DNA of 24,546 nt from a virus (lineage: Duplodnaviria > Caudoviricetes). The number at the start of each line of letters is the position of its first letter. Positions within the stretch are counted from its first letter, which is position 1. Positions 1-8,400 of this stretch are shown piece after piece. The position numbers and the translations under genes were made by a program. A model generated the notes under the pieces. That model made no database searches. It was not told the DNA's origin and was given only the letters and a program-made list of their open reading frames with translations. The DNA lies in IMG/VR virus record IMGVR_UViG_3300007541_000209, positions 1 through 24,546 of that record, one strand, 5' to 3'.

Positions 1-1803
1 ACCCTTTTGACCTTGAGCTCCCTTAATGCCTTGAATACCCTTAGTACCCTTATCACCGGTTTGACCCTTTTGACCTTGAGTACCTTTCTGGCCTAAAGCA
101 CCTTTAGTACCTTTATCACCTTGAACACCTTTCTGGCCTTGGTCACCCTTTTGACCTGTAGTACCCTTTTGACCTTGATCGCCTTTAGTACCCTGAATAC
201 CTTTAGTACCCTTATCACCCGTTTGGCCTTTTTGACCTTGAGTACCTTTTTGACCTAAAGCACCTTTAGTACCTTTGTCACCCGTTTGACCTTTTTGGCC
301 TTGATCACCTTTCTGGCCTAATGTACCTTTTTCGCCTTGGTCACCTTTAGTGCCTTGAATACCTTTAGTACCTTTGTCACCAGTTTGACCTTTTTGACCT
401 TGAGTACCTTTTTGACCTAAAGCACCTTTAGTGCCCTTATCACCAGTAACACCTTTCTGGCCTTGATCACCTTTTTGACCTAATGTACCTTTTTCGCCTT
501 GATCGCCTTTAGTGCCTTGAATACCTTTAGTACCTTTGTCACCAGTTTGACCTTTTTGGCCTTGAGTACCTTTCTGACCTAAAGCACCTTTAGTGCCCTT
601 ATCACCAGTAACACCTTTTTGACCTTGATCACCTTTTTGACCTAATGTACCTTTTTCGCCTTGATCGCCTTTAGTGCCTTGAATACCCTTAATACCCTTA
701 TCACCGGTTTGACCTTTTTGGCCTAATGTACCTTTTTCGCCTTGGTCGCCTTTAGTGCCTTGAATACCTTTGACACCTTTGTCACCAGTTTGGCCTTTTT
801 GTCCAGTAGTACCTTTCTGACCTTGGTCACCCTTGGTACCCTGAATACCTTTGACACCTTTATCACCGGTTTGGCCTTTTTGGCCTAATGTACCTTTTTC
901 GCCTTGGTCGCCTTTAGTGCCTTGAATACCTTTGACACCTTTGTCACCTGTTTGGCCCTTCTGGCCTAATGTACCTTTTTCGCCTTGATCGCCTTTAGTG
1001 CCTTGAATACCTTTAGTACCCTTATCGCCGGTTTGGCCCTTATCGCCAGTACTGCCTTTTTGACCTTGAGCTCCTTTAACGCCTTGGATACCTTTAGTAC
1101 CCTTATCGCCGGTAGCACCCTTGTCACCTGTAGCACCTTTTTGACCTGTAGTACCTTTAACGCCTTGGACACCTTGGACACCTTTGTCACCGGTGGATCC
1201 TTTGTCTCCAGTGGATCCTTTTTGACCTTGATCCCCTTTAACACCTTGGATGCCTTTAACACCCTTGTCACCAGTAGATCCTTTATCGCCAGTGGAACCC
1301 TTATCACCTTGGTCGCCTTTGGTACCAGCAAGTCCTTTTAAGCCTTTGTCGCCCTGCGCACCTTTAGTACCAGCACTGCCCTTCTGACCTTGGTCGCCTG
1401 TAGTGCCTTTAACACCTTGGGCTCCTTTAATACCCTTGTCACCGCCGTCGCCTTTATCTCCGGTTACACCTTTATCGCCAGTAGCTCCCTTTTGACCTGC
1501 GTCGCCTTTAACACCTTGGATGCCTTTAACGCCTTTGTCACCGGTAGTACCTTTGTCACCAGTATCGCCTTTCTGGCCTGCGTCACCTTTTTCGCCTAGG
1601 CTGCCTTTAAGACCTTTATCGCCTTGGGTACCTTTGTCACCAGTTGTACCTTTTTGGCCAGTTGTACCTTTAGTACCTTTTTCTCCAAGTTCGCCTTTTT
1701 GACCTTGTTGCCCTTGAACACCTTTGACACCTTTGTCACCGCCCTGTCCTTTAAGGCCTTTTTCTCCAGTGTCCCCTTTTTCACCTATATCCCCCTTAGT
1801 TCC
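1..1803 (-). repeat. Collagen-like (Gly-X-Y)n coding repeat, >=200 triplets, with 81-bp and 162-bp higher-order periodicity
   Basis: Gly codons (NCC on + strand) stay in 9-bp register from 1 to 1801. Typical triplets are GDK, GQK, GTK, GIQ, GEK, GQT. The marker cctaatgtacctttttcgcc recurs at 317, 479, 641, 722, 884 and 965. Confidence 0.97.
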
Positions 1804-4326
1804 ATATTTTGCACCAGAAACAGGAAGATAAAAGTCATAAGAAGTTGCATTTAGTCTAGGTAATTTGACTTCTACAGTAGTTTGAATACGACCGTCTACA
1901 CTAAAAGCATTAGTATCTAACGCAAGAAAATTATCTCCTGCATTAAAGGCTGTTTCAGTAATGTTAAAAGTACCGCTATTATTAACAGAAACAACCCACC
2001 ATTTATTATCTGCTAGAGTACCTACTGGATCGTAATCTTGTCTTTCGAGTACTACAGAATTTTTTCTTACTTCAAAAACAGTGTTGCTATCTGTAGCGGT
2101 ATAAGCGCCATTTGCCTGTTGTTGGTAAATAATTGCAGAAGTATCGTACTGACCCGTAACGCCTGCGGCGGCTTCTATTAAAATACTAACAGGTCCTACA
2201 AAATTAGACCATGACGATTTTCTTCCATTTTGGTTTGTTACTCTAACTCGAAAGTATATAGAATCCGCAGGGTTTCCCGGAATATAGGTAAAGTTTTCAT
2301 TCCGCGTAGTGCCGATTCCAAACCACAAATCATCGGAAGTATTTCCAATTTGAGCTTCTACTTCGTAATGATCAAATAAGGAAGAGTTATCTGCCTCTGG
2401 CCATCTTAAGAATATAGAGTACTCTTCAGGATTAACATAATATCCATAAACTGAAGCGTCAGATAAGTCCGCTTCTGCAATTGCACTATTTGTTAATGTA
2501 ACCGGACTTACTGAAAAATCTTCATGTCCGGGATAGTCACTTAGTATTTCGTCTGCAATATTCCACGCTAAATCTGTAGCATTTACTTTAACGGCTTCAA
2601 CCTTTACAGTCATATTTTCTGTTAATGAAACAGATCTGACAAGCGCAATATCATTTATAGAAGTTAAATCATTAAGTACAGAATTAAAGCGAATATGGTC
2701 TCCGGGTTCTAATTTATAGCCCTCTGCGAATATCTCGAATTCATAAATAACTGCACGTCTAGATTCTCTTACTGTTTGTTCAGCCCTTGCAGTAGCATGA
2801 TAGGGGTCTGTAATAGATTCTGCAGAAAGAGAAGTATTTAAAACAATTCCTTGATCTTCTGCTAAATATGTATTATGTACTGCAGAACCAGTAGGTGGCC
2901 AAGTTGCTGTAGCACTTTTAAAGTCTTCTTGCTCATTACTGTATCTAACTATACACTGGTTTAATCGTGTTTGAATACTAGGATAAGTAATTTTTATTTC
3001 AGAGACTTTAAGAATGTCATCTGTAATAATTAAAGTATTAGTTGCGTCATTTCTTAATTCGGTTTGAGTACCAAAATAAGAAAGGTTAAGCTTGTATTTA
3101 CCTTCTGAATAAACTAAATCTGCATTTCCCATAGAGAACAAAATGTCATCTATATTATCTCTAATAGGAACAGAAGGGTCTAACGTAGTGTTACACTCAT
3201 ACAAGGGTAAAGAGTCTGCAACTGTTTCTGCGTTAACCCAAAAAGAACTAATTTGGCCAGAAAATAGCTGTGTATTAATGGTAATACTAGAACTTCCTAC
3301 AGGCACAATATCAGCAGTGTCTATTCTATATTCATTACTATTTACATCGTAATAAACGTCAGATGCATTGAAGGTATAATAGCCGTATGTTTCACTTGTA
3401 GCAAAACCAATACTGTCTCCAGTGTGTGCTGTTGCAATATCATCGCTGATAACAACATAATCTTCACCATCGTTAGTAAAGGCGGTGTAACCTAATCTAT
3501 TTTCCCAAATTTTACCTTGTCTTTTAATAGGACCTAGACCTAATGCAGGATTTACAGGTGTATCGCAAATTAATGCTGCATTATAAAAAGATTCTAAGTC
3601 TACATCATTTATAGATAAGTTTGCGCCATAGGGAGCAGTTAGGTAGTCTAAAAGAACTAATGCAGGGTTGTTAGAGTATAGTCTTGTTCCACTTCGATTA
3701 TAACTGTAAACCCCATTGCTTTCTGTAACAGAAGCTACTTTTAATCCTTCTACATAAAACGTAAGATCAGGGATTTGATAATATTGGGGATCATCCCTGT
3801 TTAAATAAAATACAGCTCCCGCAAAAGCGCAATCTGTAAATTTAGAGTCAGAACGTAGACCGTTAGTTGAGGTCATAGGGTCTGCAACTCCACCTTCTGT
3901 GTGTGTTACAATTCTATGACCGCCTTTTCCATCTTTTTGAAATTCTGAATTATTGTAATCAACATCATCTACTTCTAAAAAGTTAACTGAATTAATTCCA
4001 CCCTGACATATAGCATAATTTGCTACAAGAAATTCGTTTTTATTCTTTTTAGGACTTTTCGATTGAGACAGGCCATACACCCAAGCTGTACCGTCTGACC
4101 CTGTGCTACTCGTATGGGTATAACTACCTCTAACAGTAACATCTGCTAGCGTAGCACCTACTTTAGATCTTCCATATACAATCGGAAGTGCTCGCGCCTC
4201 TCCTTTTGTATTTAATTCAAATCCTTTTCTTTTTTCAGCTTCTCGTTCTGCTCTCTTTTTAGCTTTCCTTGATTGTGTATAAGAATAAATGGTAGAGACA
4301 ACTGCAATTATTATCGATAAAATCAT
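1..4326 (-). CDS. Tail tip / central tail fibre protein (lambda gpJ-like) with FN3-like domain and very long collagen-like region; 3' end truncated by the window edge (>1442 aa)
   Basis: Absent from the ORF track, consistent with no stop before the window edge. ATG at 4326 overlaps the upstream stop (ATGA). Manual translation gives MILSIIIAVVSTIYSY...ALPIVYGRSKVG...YSNNPALVLLDYLTAPYG...ICD...YECN...DILFSMGNADLVYSEGKYKL (tail-tip motifs) and an FN3-like segment IFLRWPEA...DHYEVE...YFRVRVTNQNGRKSSWS (~2191-2430). The same frame continues into Gly-X-Y repeats from 1803 to 1. Confidence 0.9.
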   Translation of the reverse strand, partial: MILSIIIAVVSTIYSYTQSRKAKKRAEREAEKRKGFELNTKGEARALPIVYGRSKVGATLADVTVRGSYTHTSSTGSDGTAWVYGLSQSKSPKKNKNEFLVANYAICQGGINSVNFLEVDDVDYNNSEFQKDGKGGHRIVTHTEGGVADPMTSTNGLRSDSKFTDCAFAGAVFYLNRDDPQYYQIPDLTFYVEGLKVASVTESNGVYSYNRSGTRLYSNNPALVLLDYLTAPYGANLSINDVDLESFYNAALICDTPVNPALGLGPIKRQGKIWENRLGYTAFTNDGEDYVVISDDIATAHTGDSIGFATSETYGYYTFNASDVYYDVNSNEYRIDTADIVPVGSSSITINTQLFSGQISSFWVNAETVADSLPLYECNTTLDPSVPIRDNIDDILFSMGNADLVYSEGKYKLNLSYFGTQTELRNDATNTLIITDDILKVSEIKITYPSIQTRLNQCIVRYSNEQEDFKSATATWPPTGSAVHNTYLAEDQGIVLNTSLSAESITDPYHATARAEQTVRESRRAVIYEFEIFAEGYKLEPGDHIRFNSVLNDLTSINDIALVRSVSLTENMTVKVEAVKVNATDLAWNIADEILSDYPGHEDFSVSPVTLTNSAIAEADLSDASVYGYYVNPEEYSIFLRWPEADNSSLFDHYEVEAQIGNTSDDLWFGIGTTRNENFTYIPGNPADSIYFRVRVTNQNGRKSSWSNFVGPVSILIEAAAGVTGQYDTSAIIYQQQANGAYTATDSNTVFEVRKNSVVLERQDYDPVGTLADNKWWVVSVNNSGTFNITETAFNAGDNFLALDTNAFSVDGRIQTTVEVKLPRLNATSYDFYLPVSGAKYGTKGDIGEKGDTGEKGLKGQGGDKGVKGVQGQQGQKGELGEKGTKGTTGQKGTTGDKGTQGDKGLKGSLGEKGDAGQKGDTGDKGTTGDKGVKGIQGVKGDAGQKGATGDKGVTGDKGDGGDKGIKGAQGVKGTTGDQGQKGSAGTKGAQGDKGLKGLAGTKGDQGDKGSTGDKGSTGDKGVKGIQGVKGDQGQKGSTGDKGSTGDKGVQGVQGVKGTTGQKGATGDKGATGDKGTKGIQGVKGAQGQKGSTGDKGQTGDKGTKGIQGTKGDQGEKGTLGQKGQTGDKGVKGIQGTKGDQGEKGTLGQKGQTGDKGVKGIQGTKGDQGQKGTTGQKGQTGDKGVKGIQGTKGDQGEKGTLGQKGQTGDKGIKGIQGTKGDQGEKGTLGQKGDQGQKGVTGDKGTKGALGQKGTQGQKGQTGDKGTKGIQGTKGDQGEKGTLGQKGDQGQKGVTGDKGTKGALGQKGTQGQKGQTGDKGTKGIQGTKGDQGEKGTLGQKGDQGQKGQTGDKGTKGALGQKGTQGQKGQTGDKGTKGIQGTKGDQGQKGTTGQKGDQGQKGVQGDKGTKGALGQKGTQGQKGQTGDKGTKGIQGIKGAQGQKG

Positions 4327-4877
4327 GCTTTTTTACCCCACCTTAATTGAATTGTATTCTCATTATTGTAAATTCTGTCAAAACAAGAATCAGTACTGTC
4401 TATCAAACGCTGAGTGTTTTTGTCTGTTCGTCTGTCTGCAGTTCTATCTAGTGCTCCAAAAGGAGAGGAACACTCTAGAATTGCATTTTTTGAGCCTTCT
4501 GCTGGATTTGTTTCAATAAAAGTAGCATCTATTCTACCTTTATAAAGAATGTCAAAATCTGTTGTATTTCCTACAATACCTAGTTTTACAGTAACAGGAG
4601 TGCCAACTGCGTTTGTTTCAAATTCATCTTTATAAAAATTTTGGTAATCTGTAAGTTTAATCCGGTATGTTTCTCGATCTATACTTGAAGTAAGTTGAGG
4701 GGGTGAAAACTGAGTTAACCCCCCGTCTGATACGTAAGTGTTACCACCAACACTAACGTTATAAGGAAGATTTGTCAGCCTAACCGTACCTGAACTAAAC
4801 TCCAGATCTAATATTAAATAGGGTTCTGCTAAGTCATTAACTAACCCTGATACAATTGATGCAGGAGTGTTTTTCAT
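4323..4877 (-). CDS. Minor tail / tail-tip hub protein (gpL-like position), 184 aa
   Basis: Sits between the distal tail protein and the tail tip gene. Beta-rich, with a C-terminal QRLID.DSCFD...WG motif typical of siphophage hub proteins. Confidence 0.65.
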   Translation of the reverse strand: MKNTPASIVSGLVNDLAEPYLILDLEFSSGTVRLTNLPYNVSVGGNTYVSDGGLTQFSPPQLTSSIDRETYRIKLTDYQNFYKDEFETNAVGTPVTVKLGIVGNTTDFDILYKGRIDATFIETNPAEGSKNAILECSSPFGALDRTADRRTDKNTQRLIDSTDSCFDRIYNNENTIQLRWGKKA

Positions 4878-4878
4878 T

Positions 4879-5472
4879 TTAAAGAGCCTCGATTAAGTTA
4901 ATAGTTCCAGCTTCGGATAAAACTCCGTCAGTAAATATAATACCGCTAATATTCGTAATATCACGATAAGCAGTAAAGGTTACAGTGCCATCTAAGTATT
5001 GAAGCTGAGTACCTCCCGGGACAACTTGCCGTAATCCGGGATAAATGTTTAAGGTACCTGTTCCATTATAAGTTGCTGTTACAAGATATACCTTGTTATG
5101 ATTTGCAAACTTAACAAAACGTCCTTTATTAATAGTACCATTTGAACCAGTAAGCGCAATTGTAGAATCATTTGTTCCATGATCACCACTAGTTGAAACA
5201 GTACTTGTTGAAGTTCCAGAAGAAATAGTTTCTCCACGAACATTAAGTTGTGGCATTTCCATTGTAGTCGTAGTATCAAAAGTACTCACTGTGTCTGCAA
5301 GAAAACTGGAAGCATCAGTCATTGTAACCCCAAATTCGAGTTCCCATCTTTGTGCCCCCTGTTTAACCCTTCGGATTTTGAGTGATACAGTATCCGAAGA
5401 GAAAACAGGTTCGTTAGAGGTAATTCGAAAAGGGGCGACTATATCTTGACCTTCAAATTGATAAGCCGCCAT
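4879..5472 (-). CDS. Putative distal tail protein (Dit-like), 197 aa
   Basis: Immediately follows the tape measure gene. RBS AGGAG. QRWELEF and GRFVKFANHNKVY motifs, Thr/Ser/Gly-rich beta character. Confidence 0.65.
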   Translation of the reverse strand: MAAYQFEGQDIVAPFRITSNEPVFSSDTVSLKIRRVKQGAQRWELEFGVTMTDASSFLADTVSTFDTTTTMEMPQLNVRGETISSGTSTSTVSTSGDHGTNDSTIALTGSNGTINKGRFVKFANHNKVYLVTATYNGTGTLNIYPGLRQVVPGGTQLQYLDGTVTFTAYRDITNISGIIFTDGVLSEAGTINLIEAL

Positions 5473-5481
5473 TTATTTCTC

Positions 5482-8400
5482 CTAAAAATTATTTTTCTCA
5501 ACATTGTATTGGTTAACACCATTTGCAATTTGAGGTAACATAGTAAAGATTTCTTTCTTAGTTTGACGGGAGATATCCCCGTTGACATTGATGCTAATGC
5601 TTTGTTGTTGGCTGTTTGACTGCATATTTTTGTCTAATTGACCAAACAAATTACTTTGTTGTCGTGAATTTAGAATCATTTCTCCGCCATGAACTATAGC
5701 CGGTTTAGGACCTCCTCCAGGAACTAAGCCGCCATCATTGAAGAAGCCAGCAAAGCTAGAAAGCAAGCCTCCAAGGCCGCCACCTCCACCGCCTCCACTA
5801 AACAGGCTCATCAGACCATCAAATGCACCGCTTAAGCCACCAAGTAAACCATCAAAAATACCACCAAGGTTTCCAGTAAGACCATCAAAGATTCCACTAA
5901 TTTTACCAGTAAACTTTTCAAAAATTGTTCCGAAGGGCCCTGCCGCCTTTTCTCCTGCTTCTTCAGTAGGAGTCCCGCCCATCATTTCACCGACATTGCC
6001 TATACCTAGGTCATCCAGTTCTTCGTCTGACAGGCCAACATCTGCACCGGGTCCAATTCCAAATTCATTGACATCGCCACCGGGGTTAAAGCTATCAAAA
6101 GCTTCTACAATTTTGACGAACATAGGATTAGCCGCTGAAGCACCTAATTCGATTCCTCCGGAAAGTGTGGCACCTACTACTTCACCAATTCCAAAACCAC
6201 CTAAGCCTAGATCAGTAAACAGGTTTTCAAGGGTAGCACCAAAACCGGATAATTCTCCGTCTTCAGTATTAAATATTCCCTCAGTGATTCCACCGGCTAC
6301 TGTTCCTAATACATTATCCGTAAATGAGTCTAAAATACCTTTACCAAACTCTTCTAAGCCGATATCACCTTTTAGAAGGCCAGTAAGGCCACCTTGTACA
6401 TCTCCTTTAAAGCTTTGTAAACTATTTTTAGCAAGTTCATCAATAGCCGCTATTTGTTGTTTTCCGTTATCAATTAGCTCTTCGGTAAGAATTACGATTT
6501 CTCCTAATTCTCTTACTATATCCGAATTTAATACAGCAAGCTGATTAGTCAGTTCTAAACTAGCGCTGTCGCCCGCCGCTAATATTTCTTTTTGAACCTT
6601 AGCTCTACTTTGGTTTAATCTCAACAGTCTCTGAGTTAAATTAGCATCTTTTTCTAAAGTACTAAGTAATTTTTCACCGTCTAGATTTACTCCTAGGTCT
6701 AGCCCTTTTATAACGCTAGCAAATTGTTCAATATTAGTTATATTTGCATTTGCGCTAGGCTCCGCACTTCCTCCAAAGCCAGCAAGTCCTTTTGAAATTA
6801 GCTCTTTAAAACTATTTAAAACTCCAGTAAGCTTTTCAAAGTTTTCTTCACCTAAAAGCTCTTTTAAAGTTTTACTTAAAGTTTCAAAAATAGCAGTTAA
6901 GCCGGTAGCTACGCTAGAGCCCACACTACTTGAAGAACCTACACTACCTCCAGAACTAAACCTTGGCAATTTTCCAGTCATATTTAATTGTTCTAAGGCG
7001 CTTCTATGTTGATTAGCTACAGAGGCTTTAACTACAAATTCACCATTAGACAACATAGCAGGAATAGAATCAGAAGTAGCAGTTCCAGGGCCAAATACTG
7101 ATCCACCAGAAGCATAGCCAGATATAAAATCATAAACAAATTTCATTTCTGGGTTATTAAGTAAAAAGCTTTCGGAGTTATCGTTTATTTTCCGGTAACC
7201 TTTACCTACGATACTAGAATCTGCATTTAAGAAAGAGCCTAGTAAAGCTAATGACTGCTCTTTACCCGTATATCCGACAAACTTAGCAAATTTTTCCATT
7301 ATATCATCTAAGAAAAGATTACCAAGAGGTTTAGTTATAACGGCATCAACTAAAGGTGCAGATAGTTCACCTAAAAATCCAATTGCTTTTGTTAAGTATT
7401 CATAGTCTCCATTGGCAAATGCAGAACTTAGAGTATTTTTACCCGTTCCTTCTAATCTAGCCTTTACTTTAGAATCTCCTGCAGAAAGCTGAGTTAATCT
7501 TTCTACCGTAGCTATTGCTCCTAAAGCAGGGCCAACCGCTAATCCAAAAGGTGCAAGTAAAGTACCTATAGCACCAAATAAACCCGCTTGAACAGCTAAG
7601 TTTGATATAGCGTTTGACATTATTGGGTGATAATAATCTCTTGGAAATTTTCCAAACTGAGCCATGAGTGCTAGTTGGCTTATATCAAAACCTAAACCGG
7701 CTAATGCCTTATTTTCATCGTATTTAACATTGAGCGCTTTAAGTAGACCCTCTTTGTCACCACCAGTTCTAGCTGTTAAACCTAATAAAGCACCTGCTCT
7801 CTTTAAAGAGCTAGGCCCTGCAAAAGAAAGAAAGTTATCTAAAACTGAAGAAGGTCTCAAGGCGGCTGTTGCTTCAAAATTTTCTTTGAGTAAAGAAGCC
7901 AATATCATAGCTTCTTCTTTTGCACCAGAAGCTTTCCCTTTTAATGCTCCGACTAAGCCTCCATTAGCATAACCGGGTAATTGCCCTGTGTTATTTAAAT
8001 GCTCTAATAAACCTCTATTGTTTTTAGCAGAAGATTCCTTAACTACAAATTCACCATTAGAAAGCATTGCAGGTATTGAATCCGAAGTGCCTGTGCCTGC
8101 GCCCCAGACTGAACCTCCAGAAGCTTTCTTAACAGGGGAGGTATCTGAGGAGGTATCTGATCTAAACCAACCCCAATTCAAAGGGTTTAATTTAGAAATA
8201 GTATCACCAATAGCTTCCCCTATTTGTTCACCTACATCTGCTATCCAAGTAAACCCGTCATATATAGCACTGCCAATATCGGTACCTAATTGTTTAACCC
8301 ATTGTACGCCGTCATATATAGCAGAGCCTAGCGCTTGTCCTGCCTTTGCAAATATGCTATCATCACTAAATGCGTAAGTTAATAAAGCAGTTACTGCCGC

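Noticed and set aside
1-1803. Repeat region considered as a CRISPR array or non-coding satellite
   Set aside because: No constant repeat with unique spacers. Variation concentrates at codon third positions, as expected for coding sequence.
966-1854. Six short ORFs on both strands in the collagen region
   Set aside because: Alternative-frame and antisense shadows of the 9-bp Gly-X-Y periodicity. The real frame is the 4326-to-1 minus-strand ORF.
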